IMG/VR virus record: IMGVR_UViG_3300033475_000033
Span: 1 to 51,491 of that record
From: a virus
Taxonomy: Duplodnaviria; Caudoviricetes
DNA length: 51,491 nt
Reading direction: 5' to 3' (one strand)
Positions 36,409 to 44,463 of the stretch are shown one piece after another. The notes below the pieces were generated by a model that did not search any database, had not been told where the DNA came from, and was given only the letters and a program-made list of their open reading frames with translations. A program made the position numbers and the translations under genes. Each line of letters begins with the position of its first letter. The first letter of the stretch is position 1.

Positions 36409-36696
36409 TCCGGGCGGGATTGGCCCAGGTGGTCTCGCGAATGCCGAGCAGCCGGATCAGGTAGGGTGCGAAACCCAGGCCGGACCTCCTAAAGGGAACT
36501 GCTGCCGCCCGCCCGGAGCTAGATTCGAGGGCCAATAGTTCAACGGGCAGAACATCCGCCAGCCGGATCGCACCCGATCCAGCTCGCCCCGGGAAGTGCG
36601 CACTTTCCTAAGAGCGAGGGGTTGCTAGCACCCTGGGCTGAGCCTCAGCGGAGGCGCGCGGAAGATGGTGGTTCGAGTCCGCCGGCCTACCCTCGA
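36409..36696 (+). ncRNA. putative structured ncRNA with tRNA-like 3' domain
   Basis: Gene-free gap; extended -10 TGcTATCGT at 36394-36402; D-arm GTTC/GAAC, stem TCCGC/GCGGA, T-arm GGTGG-TTCGAGT-CCGCC; many nested helices. Confidence 0.6.
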
Positions 36697-36699
36697 CTG

Positions 36700-37227
36700 C
36701 TACGGCAACCGTATCCCGACGCGAACCGTCGTCCCGAGCAGCCCGATGCTTGCCCCGATAGCCGGTGTCGGCGACACGTCCGCCCTCACGGCCACGCTCA
36801 CCGCGGCCGGACTCGACGCGGACGGCGAACCCGAAGGCGTCGGCGACGGTGTAGGGCTCACGCTGCCCGACGCGGACCCGCTCGGCGTGGGCAGCATGGT
36901 AGGGCCCGGAGGCGACGACACAGAACCCGCAGTCGGGCCAGCCGTCACCAGGATCACCCGCGGCGTCGGGGCACCGTGCACAGGCGCCGCCCCGGCGCTC
37001 GGCGACGACGAGGCCGAACCGCCGGTCGACGGCGACGGCGACGGCGCGGGCACCGACGGACTCACCGTCACCACCGGGGCAGGCTGGCCGCCCGCCTCTG
37101 GGATCGCCACGCCCTGCGCCACCGCCGCCAGCAGCGCGGCCAGAGACCCCGCGCCGATCGCATACCAGGTCGCCATGAACGGCGGCGGCCACAAACGCCT
37201 CAACGATGCGCGAGGATCTCGTACCAC
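36700..37227 (-). CDS. Pro/Ser-rich membrane-anchored protein, last gene of the lysis cassette (start uncertain)
   Basis: N-terminal TM then PS-rich linker. Confidence 0.55.
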   Translation of the reverse strand: MVRDPRASLRRLWPPPFMATWYAIGAGSLAALLAAVAQGVAIPEAGGQPAPVVTVSPSVPAPSPSPSTGGSASSSPSAGAAPVHGAPTPRVILVTAGPTAGSVSSPPGPTMLPTPSGSASGSVSPTPSPTPSGSPSASSPAAVSVAVRADVSPTPAIGASIGLLGTTVRVGIRLP

Positions 37228-37505
37228 GCGCCCACCAGCACCCCCAGTGCCGTGACGACCCCTAGGGCTCGCTGCCATGTCCACTCCCGATGCTTCTGCG
37301 CCTGGACCGCCGCCTCCGTGAAAGCGGTCCTGAGCGCCTCGGCAGCGGCCTGCACGTCCCTGTCCCGCTGCTCCTCGAGCCGCTCCACGTCGTGATCGTG
37401 GCGTTCGACCTTGGAGTTGAGGTCGCGGCGAAGCTGCGCGATGGCGTCGTCGGTCGCCTTGGCGTACCGGTCGAATTCGCGCTGAGAGACGTATGGCTCA
37501 CTCAC
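37200..37505 (-). CDS. coiled-coil membrane protein of the lysis cassette
   Basis: YVSQREF motif, coiled coil, C-terminal TM; GGAGG RBS. Confidence 0.7.
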   Translation of the reverse strand: MSEPYVSQREFDRYAKATDDAIAQLRRDLNSKVERHDHDVERLEEQRDRDVQAAAEALRTAFTEAAVQAQKHREWTWQRALGVVTALGVLVGAWYEILAHR

Positions 37506-37556
37506 GCTCACCTCCACTCTTACGGTTCCTGCGCCCCGTGGCCGGATGGTGCGGCG

Positions 37557-37880
37557 TTATGCCGCGGTCTGCTTCGACGGCGCCTCTGGCGCGGGCTTGT
37601 CGGCGAGCGTCTTGGCCTCGGCCAGCGCGGCCTTCACCGCGGACCACGGCACCTGCGGCCACATCTGCCGCACCGCGGCGCCAGCGGCGCCCAGCGCCAG
37701 GCCCGCCAGCGCGCCCCAGCCCGCGACATGCCAGCCGTCCGCGGCCACCGACGCCAGCAGGCCGCCCGCGAACAGGCTGGCGAACTGCGTCAGGTGCGCC
37801 TGCACGTGGTAGTGCTTCCAGTCCGCGGCGAGGTCCTGCTCCAGGTTGGCCACGAGGCTCTGCGGTGTGATCTGCGACAT
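37557..37880 (-). CDS. putative holin
   Basis: 107 aa, 2 TM, directly after the endolysin. Confidence 0.6.
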   Translation of the reverse strand: MSQITPQSLVANLEQDLAADWKHYHVQAHLTQFASLFAGGLLASVAADGWHVAGWGALAGLALGAAGAAVRQMWPQVPWSAVKAALAEAKTLADKPAPEAPSKQTAA

Positions 37881-37882
37881 GG

Positions 37883-38737
37883 TCAGGCCGCCGGGGTGTC
37901 GTGGTGGAGTTCGACGCCGATCGCGTGTGCGATGGCCGCGACGAACGCGGGGTTGCCGACGAGCGCGGCGGCCAGCGCGGTGGCGTCCACGGTCGGTGTG
38001 GCGGGCGCTGCCAGCTTCGCCACCGCGGCGCCGACCGCGGTCACCGCGTCGATCGTGTGCTGGCCGCCCGCGTCCTGCCATGCGAGAGCCGTGCGCAGGG
38101 TGATCGTGCCCGTGTACGGCGCCCCGGCCGAAGTGTGCCCGGCGCGCGGGATCTGCGTGTCGAGCAGGGTGTTCGCCACGAGCTGTGCGTCTGCGGTGGT
38201 GAGCGGCATGTCTCCTCCTTGGGTGTCCCAGAGTGATGCGATGATCGAGCCGGAGACGGTGTCGTCGTCCCAGCTCGTTTCGAACTGGTATTGCGTGATG
38301 ACCGAGCCCGGGTAGATGTGCGGGGCCCCGGTAATGTCTGCAACCCAGTAGCCGCCGGAGGTCTTCGGGTTCTTGAACAGGGTGGACTTCGACCCGTAGG
38401 CGGCGACCTTGCAGCCGCCCGCTACGACCTCGGCGTCGAACGCGGTGACGTAGGGCCCGTTGACGGCGGTCTCGAGGTCGAGGCCGATCAGGGTTCCGGC
38501 CGGGGCGCCGAGGGCCCGCCAGGCGGCGAGCGCGGCGCGCCCCTCGCTGGTGCCCTGTGCAGCATCGACCGGGTTTGAGCGGGTCCAGATCCCGACCCGG
38601 TAGCGCTCTGGCCGTGCCGCCCACTCCTCGGGCGTCCACGGGTGCGGGGTGTTGCCGCCGAGGTAGCCGAACACGACCTGATCGTGCGGTGCGTTGCCGG
38701 GCGGGTAGGCGGCATCGAAGCCTGTCAGATCGCTCAC
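37883..38737 (-). CDS. endolysin, GH25-like/DUF1906 muramidase
   Basis: GFDAAY, GYLGG, GLDLET, YWVA..ITQY; follows tail genes. Confidence 0.75.
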   Translation of the reverse strand: MSDLTGFDAAYPPGNAPHDQVVFGYLGGNTPHPWTPEEWAARPERYRVGIWTRSNPVDAAQGTSEGRAALAAWRALGAPAGTLIGLDLETAVNGPYVTAFDAEVVAGGCKVAAYGSKSTLFKNPKTSGGYWVADITGAPHIYPGSVITQYQFETSWDDDTVSGSIIASLWDTQGGDMPLTTADAQLVANTLLDTQIPRAGHTSAGAPYTGTITLRTALAWQDAGGQHTIDAVTAVGAAVAKLAAPATPTVDATALAAALVGNPAFVAAIAHAIGVELHHDTPAA

Positions 38738-38751
38738 CGCGCCACCTCCTT

Positions 38752-38777
38752 TCGAACTGGTGTACGAATCAATCGTA
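38752..38777 (-). promoter_or_regulatory. lysis promoter (-10 TACGAT) with LexA-box-like TCGAAC-TGGT-GTACGA
   Basis: Box 38752-38767 lies between the -10 (38772-38777) and the AAAGGAGG RBS. Confidence 0.6.
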
Positions 38778-38783
38778 GGGCGC

Positions 38784-39071
38784 TCAGGGCATCTTGGGGA
38801 CGCAGTCGGCGCACGCCGCAGCCGCCGTCACCGGCACCGGCGCGCCGTCGCCGCGGTGGTCCAGCGCCGGATGGTCCGGGTTGATCCGGTGCTCGGCGTG
38901 GACGTCCGCGTGCCAGTGCGAATGCCACACTTCGGTCCTGGCCGGATGCGCCACGGCGCCGGTCTCCGGGTCGAGGATGTCCACATCCGCGGTGCACGAG
39001 ATCCGGGTGCACGGGTCGCCGTGCGGGCACGCCTCATCCGCGCAGGTCTCAACATGCTGCGTGAAGCTCAT
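38784..39071 (-). CDS. small Cys/His-rich protein after the tailspike
   Basis: ATGA overlap with tailspike stop; 95 aa. Confidence 0.6.
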   Translation of the reverse strand: MSFTQHVETCADEACPHGDPCTRISCTADVDILDPETGAVAHPARTEVWHSHWHADVHAEHRINPDHPALDHRGDGAPVPVTAAAACADCVPKMP

Positions 39072-40714
39072 ACGGTCGCCATCCAAGGGACAGTGCCGCC
39101 GCCGTTCGCGGCGCCGGCAGTAGCGGGAAGGGGATGCGCGCTGCCCTGGTTCGCGGCGACACCGTTGGTGACGGTGCTCGTCGGGGCGGAGCGCAGGAAC
39201 GTCGCGGTGGTGTTGTCCACGCTGATCGCGCCGTACCAGGAGCGGCCGACGGTTACGGTCGTGGTCAGGGTGACGGTCGCCATTCCGGCGGCCGGGCAGG
39301 CGATAGCGCCCGTGGTGGCTTGGCGGGCGTTCGGCAGCCGCGAGGATCCGGCCTGGCCGCCGTTGTTGTAGAGGCCTGCCGAGATGTTGCCGGAGGATGT
39401 GCCGACGTACAGGCGCAACTGGTTGGTGGACATGCCGTAGCCGATGAGCTGCTGGTAGAGCGCGGCGTTCGCGGCGAAGAACGCGACGGTGTTGTTCGCC
39501 TCGGCCGCCCACGGATGGGTAGTGGCGAACCCGAAGCCGAGCGGGTCCTGGTCGACGTTGGAGGGGATGGAGACGCCCCCGATGGCCAGGGTGGTGGCCT
39601 TGGCTGCCTGCGGCACCTGCACCACCGAGTCGGAGGTGGCCGCGCCCGCGTTGTTGATCTGAGTGAAGGTGACCGTGTCGGAGGCGTTGAACGAGCCGAT
39701 CACGGCCGGGGACGGCACCGTGAACGGGCTGATGCACACCGCGGACACGTCGTAGAAGTTGCCGCCGCCCGCATAGGTGAGATCGAGCGCGCCGCCGGAA
39801 CAGTTCTCCACCTTGGCGTGCACGCGCACCGAGTTGATGTTCGTGTGCGACGCGTCGCCGAGGATCATTCCCTTCGCCGTGTTCGCGCTCGCCGAGCCCC
39901 AGAACAGCTTGCAGCCCTCGAACAGGTTGATCGAGGCACGGCACCACACCTGCGCGATGGACGCGCCCTCGATCTGGCAGGCGACGAACGTCAGCCCGGA
40001 GGAGACCAGATCCACGCCGTAGCTGTACGCGGCACCGTACACGTGCAGGCCGACGAACAGGCCGCCGTTGCCGCGCCCGTCCACGGGGATGGAGACCGCG
40101 GCCGTCGCCGACCCGGAGTTCTGCACGGCGATCACGTTGATGAACTGCGTGTCGTGCGGCCCGCAGTAGCGGATCGTCCCGCCGTCGTTGTCGTGCAGCT
40201 TCACCTCGGTGACGAACGACTCCATACCGTCCGGGCCGAGGAAGTTCGACGCGGAGCCCCACTCGGTCCACAGGCCGAAGTTGCGCGCGTTGCGCATCGT
40301 GACCTCGTTGAGCCGGTACCCGTACCCGTAGATCGCCAGGCAGTTCGAGGTGCCGGTCTGGTTCGCCTTGTTGCCGTCCAGCGTCATCGCCTCGACACCG
40401 AACCCGTACGGCGTCGAGGTGGTGTCGCTGTTGGTCAGCGTGCTGAACGAGGTGGTCTCTATCAGGTTGTCGTTCACGCCGTTCGCCAGCTGCAAGATGG
40501 TGGCGTTGCGCCCGGAGCCGCGCAGCTTGACACCCGTCGGCAGCGTGATCTTCGTGGAGTAGAACAGGCCCCCGGCGAGGTCCACCGTGCCGCCGCCCTG
40601 CCCCGACGCGGACGCGATAGCAGCCTGAATCGCCTGCTGATCCGTCACCCCCGTCGTATCCCCCGACGGCATGATCAGCGTCACGTAATCCGCGCCGATG
40701 ATGGTAGTGGTCAC
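39068..40714 (-). CDS. tailspike / receptor-binding protein with pectate-lyase-like beta-helix
   Basis: GDTTGVTDQQAIQAAI..GGGTV..G.F..LRGSG..MTLDGN pattern; GGGAG RBS. Confidence 0.8.
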   Translation of the reverse strand: MTTTIIGADYVTLIMPSGDTTGVTDQQAIQAAIASASGQGGGTVDLAGGLFYSTKITLPTGVKLRGSGRNATILQLANGVNDNLIETTSFSTLTNSDTTSTPYGFGVEAMTLDGNKANQTGTSNCLAIYGYGYRLNEVTMRNARNFGLWTEWGSASNFLGPDGMESFVTEVKLHDNDGGTIRYCGPHDTQFINVIAVQNSGSATAAVSIPVDGRGNGGLFVGLHVYGAAYSYGVDLVSSGLTFVACQIEGASIAQVWCRASINLFEGCKLFWGSASANTAKGMILGDASHTNINSVRVHAKVENCSGGALDLTYAGGGNFYDVSAVCISPFTVPSPAVIGSFNASDTVTFTQINNAGAATSDSVVQVPQAAKATTLAIGGVSIPSNVDQDPLGFGFATTHPWAAEANNTVAFFAANAALYQQLIGYGMSTNQLRLYVGTSSGNISAGLYNNGGQAGSSRLPNARQATTGAIACPAAGMATVTLTTTVTVGRSWYGAISVDNTTATFLRSAPTSTVTNGVAANQGSAHPLPATAGAANGGGTVPWMATV

Positions 40715-40722
40715 AATGCTCC

Positions 40723-41022
40723 CTAGATGAACTTGCCGACGACGTAATAGGTCTGGCCCGACGGCACGAGCAGCACCGTGTCGCCCGCGGCCGGGGTATA
40801 GCTCGACAGGTACGGGCACGGCCCGATCTGAGCGCCCGACGGCAGATCCACCAGCGGCCGCCCGGAGGTGTAGCCGGCGTCGATCGTCCCGGTGTACGGG
40901 GTGACGAGGCAGCCCGGCTCCAGCATCATCGAGAGCTGCTTGAGCTGCTGAAGATCCTTCGCGATCTGCCGCGTGAACTGCGCGAACCGCCGCTCCAGAT
41001 CGACCGCGTAGCGTTCGCTCAT
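40723..41022 (-). CDS. minor tail protein
   Basis: SYTPAAGDTVLL..YYVVG motif; tail module. Confidence 0.7.
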   Translation of the reverse strand: MSERYAVDLERRFAQFTRQIAKDLQQLKQLSMMLEPGCLVTPYTGTIDAGYTSGRPLVDLPSGAQIGPCPYLSSYTPAAGDTVLLVPSGQTYYVVGKFI

Positions 41023-42224
41023 GCCACACCCACCCCCCCGATGCCCGTGGACCCGACCAGCGCGCCGAGCGTGAGCGTGAGCTCCTCCGGCTGGCCGCCG
41101 GGCCCGGGCGGCTGCAGCGACCACGCCGCCACCCGGGCAGTCACCTGCAGCCCGGGCGCGCCCGTCGTCGGGTCGGCCGGATCCAGGTCACTGGTGGCCG
41201 CGAACCGGATCGCGTCGCCGAGCGCGATCTGCGTCAGGGACGGCTGTGTTCCGCCGCCGAGCACGATCGTGGGCACCATCGTTCCGGCGGTGAACCTGCT
41301 GATCTGCGTGTCCGTCCACTGGTTCACCTGCGCCTGCGAGATCGCGCCGGAGCCGGGCCAGGTCACCGAGGTCTGGCGCAGGATGTTGCCCTGCGACAGG
41401 TCGGCCGCGTCCAGGCCGTGCCCCGCAGCGGAGACGAGCACCGCGCCGGTGCCGTTCGGCGAGGCGGTGCCCTGGATGTCGTTCGCGGACTTCGAGCGCA
41501 TGATCGGACGCCCGTAGTCGATCACTGCCCCGGGGTGCAGCAGCGTCACCGCCGGATTGTTGTAGCGGCCGATCGCCGGATACCCGAGCCGGAAGTACAC
41601 CTGCAGCACCCCGCCGTCCAGGCGCGGGGCGAAGTTGTATTCGAACGCCGCCGCGTCCGCGAACGTGCTCAACGCGTCCTCGACGGCTTGATTCGACGAG
41701 TAGGAGCCCGTGTAGGTGTTGCCGCCCGCCGTGAGGGTGTTGGAGACGCCGAAGGTCTGCGACGCCGTGAGACCGGCCGTGAGCGGCGAGAGCACGAGGT
41801 TCGCCAGGCCCGCGTTCGCGCCCCGCGCCGGAGAGAACCCGTAGCCCACCAGCCCCCGCGCGATATCGAGCACGTCGGCGTTCGTGAACGTCAGCGCGCT
41901 GCGGATCTGCCGCGAGGCGAGGATCGACTCCGGGGTATACGCCGTCACCGGGAACTGATGGTTCTTGATCGAGGAATGGTTCGAGTCGGCGAAGATCCCG
42001 CACCAGATCGGATAGTTGTCCTGCAGCACCCACAGCATCGTCTGATCCGGGATCAGGGCGCGCACGAACGCCCGGTTCGCCGGCCCCGACTGCAGCGGCA
42101 GGTACCCGTCCAACTGCCCGATGCCGTTGATCGCCATCGTCGCCGAGTTGACCACCAGCGGCAGGTTCGGGGACAGCACCGCGCCCGTGAGCGCGTTGGT
42201 CGCGACATACCGGTAGCTGCTCAC
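41019..42224 (-). CDS. minor tail / baseplate hub protein
   Basis: YRYVATNALTG..PIWCG..LGYP..IGR..LGD motifs. Confidence 0.8.
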   Translation of the reverse strand: MSSYRYVATNALTGAVLSPNLPLVVNSATMAINGIGQLDGYLPLQSGPANRAFVRALIPDQTMLWVLQDNYPIWCGIFADSNHSSIKNHQFPVTAYTPESILASRQIRSALTFTNADVLDIARGLVGYGFSPARGANAGLANLVLSPLTAGLTASQTFGVSNTLTAGGNTYTGSYSSNQAVEDALSTFADAAAFEYNFAPRLDGGVLQVYFRLGYPAIGRYNNPAVTLLHPGAVIDYGRPIMRSKSANDIQGTASPNGTGAVLVSAAGHGLDAADLSQGNILRQTSVTWPGSGAISQAQVNQWTDTQISRFTAGTMVPTIVLGGGTQPSLTQIALGDAIRFAATSDLDPADPTTGAPGLQVTARVAAWSLQPPGPGGQPEELTLTLGALVGSTGIGGVGVA

Positions 42225-43261
42225 GGCATCTGCGCCTCGATCGTGAGGTTCGCAACGTTCAGGGTGAACGTGCCCGCGCCCTGGTTCGCGATCCGCACCG
42301 CATACGTGTACGTCCCGGCCGCCGGAGTGTCGTACCAGGTCACGCCCTTGCCGCCCATGGACCCGTTCGCGACCTGCGCGTAATCGGCTACCTCGTCGAT
42401 GAGCGTCGAGCCGCGCGCCACGCTGACCCAGCAGCCGTTTCCGGCTCCGGTGCCCGAGGAGGAGATGAACCGCCAGCGTGCAATTAGCTTGACCGTCGTG
42501 TTGCCGTCCACGGTCACCGTCGCCGAGCACGCGGTCACAGCCGTGGTCGAGTTCGCCGTGGCGTTGCCGGACGTGGCCGCGACGGGGGCGAACGGCGCGA
42601 CCGACGGGGCGACCAGGCCCGAGCCGTTGAACCGCTGCAACCGCGTGGTGTTGATGTTGTGCACGTATTGGCTCGTCGAACCGGCCGTCGGCGCGAACGA
42701 CGCACTGTTGATCGGCTTGATGCCGCCCGCCGCCACCATGTACTGCCGCTGATCCGAGATGTTCCCGGATGAGAGTGTGGTGGCGTTCGCCGCGACGGTG
42801 ATGTTCGCCAGCAGCAGCGAGTTCCCCGGCAGCGCCGGCGCCGACGGCGAGGCCGCCGGAGTCCCGGTCACGATCTGCACCACCGAGGTGGAGGTGTTGT
42901 TGCCGTTGTCGGTCACGGTCAGGCACACCGAGTCGATCCGCGGGTTGACCGTGTCCGCGGCCGTGCAGGTGAGCGTCGCGGCCGAGTCGAGCACCACCGT
43001 GTAGGCGCCCGCGTTGGTCGCCGCATTGCCCTGGATGCTCGCGGTGCCCGCGGCGACCTGGACGGACAGGCCGGAGGTGACGTTGACCGCGAGCGGGTTC
43101 CCATCGGCCTTCCTGACACCGGAGCCGATCCCGAGCTGGTTGCCGCTGCCGCCGCCGAGCGAGCCGATCAGCGACGCGGCGAACAGGCGCATCTCCTGCG
43201 CGGAATAGGTTCCAGCGCCGTCGCCGAAATCGAACAAGCGTGTCGCCTGCGAAAGGGTCAT
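42221..43261 (-). CDS. minor tail protein
   Basis: LSVQVAAG..NPRIDSV..VTGTPAASPSAP..LLANITV..ISDQR. Confidence 0.8.
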   Translation of the reverse strand: MTLSQATRLFDFGDGAGTYSAQEMRLFAASLIGSLGGGSGNQLGIGSGVRKADGNPLAVNVTSGLSVQVAAGTASIQGNAATNAGAYTVVLDSAATLTCTAADTVNPRIDSVCLTVTDNGNNTSTSVVQIVTGTPAASPSAPALPGNSLLLANITVAANATTLSSGNISDQRQYMVAAGGIKPINSASFAPTAGSTSQYVHNINTTRLQRFNGSGLVAPSVAPFAPVAATSGNATANSTTAVTACSATVTVDGNTTVKLIARWRFISSSGTGAGNGCWVSVARGSTLIDEVADYAQVANGSMGGKGVTWYDTPAAGTYTYAVRIANQGAGTFTLNVANLTIEAQMP

Positions 43262-43268
43262 GGGCGTC

Positions 43269-44462
43269 TCACATCCACGCGTCGTTGAAAGAGATGGTCA
43301 TCTGTGCGCCCGCGCCGCCCGTGCCCTGCAGCACGATCTGGGAGGTGCCGGGATCGAGCACCCACCACGCGGACCACAGGTCGGCGGGGATCGGTGCGCC
43401 GTCGAGGTAGGCGGCCTTGTTCAGCAGGTCGAGCACGAGCGTGTCGGTTGCCGCGAGGGTCAGGGTGCTGAAGCTGATCGACTCGCCGGAGGTCTGGTTG
43501 TAGACCGCGGGCGCGACGATCGGCCCGGTGATCGTGATCGTGGGCCGGGTCTCGAAGTTGCCGCCGTTGGTGACGGTGGCCGCGCCGGGCGGCGCCTGGG
43601 CCGGGAACGACATCGGGAACGACATCGGGAACGTGATCCCGAGGGTCTGACTGTTGGCGATCACCGTCACGCTCGTCGGCGCCCCGTACTTGCGCGGGTC
43701 CGGGGCGATCAGCAGGACATCAAAGGTGACGTCCATCAGCGTCGCCGAAACCTCTTTCACCACGCCGGAACGCCGCACCTGCAGCGTCTTCGGCACCGGC
43801 TCGTTCAGCACGAAGGTGGCCAGGTCCGAAACCGGCACTGCGGCCTGCAACGCGGCCCGGGCGATGTCGCGCTCGGCCTGGCTCGTCGCGCTCGCGGTCA
43901 CCGTCAGCTCGATCGTGCGCGGCCCGTAGAACTGCGGGGTGGCGTATCCGCCGTGGTCGCCCTGCCGTTGCACGACCGCGCCGTCCGTCGCCACCCCGTC
44001 CATCCCCGGGAACTTCAGCAGCGCCCACGCAGTGCCGTTGGTGTCCTGCGCCCCGAACTGCACGACGTTCGACCCGTACGTGATCGAGCCGGTCCAGTAG
44101 CCGATGTCACCCGAGTTCGGCGGCGTCAGGCCCGCGGCATCGACCCACAGGTTCTCCTCACCCTGCAACGTCTGCCCGCCGTAGCCGACCGACCAGGTGG
44201 CGACATACACGCCCGGTGCGGCGTTCGCGGGGATCGGCCAGTCATAGGCGTACAGGCCCTTGCCGGTGCGGTACACCTGCGTCGTCGAGGGCGTCGAGGC
44301 TCCGGTGTAGGAGAACGGGCCCGCGTAGTCGGGGGTTCCGGACCCGAGCGTCGAACCGTAGGTGATGTCCAGGCGTACCGTGCCTGGGTCGGTGAGCGCC
44401 CCGGTGGTCTGGTCCTCGAACTCGAGGCCGACGGTGTAGGTGCGGCCGGGCGTGAAGCTCAT
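43269..44462 (-). CDS. distal tail protein (Dit) with extra N-terminal domain
   Basis: GDHG..GPRTI, APDPRKY, NGGNFETRPTITITGP; follows TMP. Confidence 0.8.
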   Translation of the reverse strand: MSFTPGRTYTVGLEFEDQTTGALTDPGTVRLDITYGSTLGSGTPDYAGPFSYTGASTPSTTQVYRTGKGLYAYDWPIPANAAPGVYVATWSVGYGGQTLQGEENLWVDAAGLTPPNSGDIGYWTGSITYGSNVVQFGAQDTNGTAWALLKFPGMDGVATDGAVVQRQGDHGGYATPQFYGPRTIELTVTASATSQAERDIARAALQAAVPVSDLATFVLNEPVPKTLQVRRSGVVKEVSATLMDVTFDVLLIAPDPRKYGAPTSVTVIANSQTLGITFPMSFPMSFPAQAPPGAATVTNGGNFETRPTITITGPIVAPAVYNQTSGESISFSTLTLAATDTLVLDLLNKAAYLDGAPIPADLWSAWWVLDPGTSQIVLQGTGGAGAQMTISFNDAWM

Positions 44463-44463
44463 G

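Noticed and set aside
36529-36690. Functional tRNA, tmRNA or group I intron-containing tRNA
   Set aside because: No 7-nt anticodon loop, canonical acceptor stem or CCA; the insert is too short and lacks recognisable group I core or tag-peptide features, so it is kept as an unclassified ncRNA
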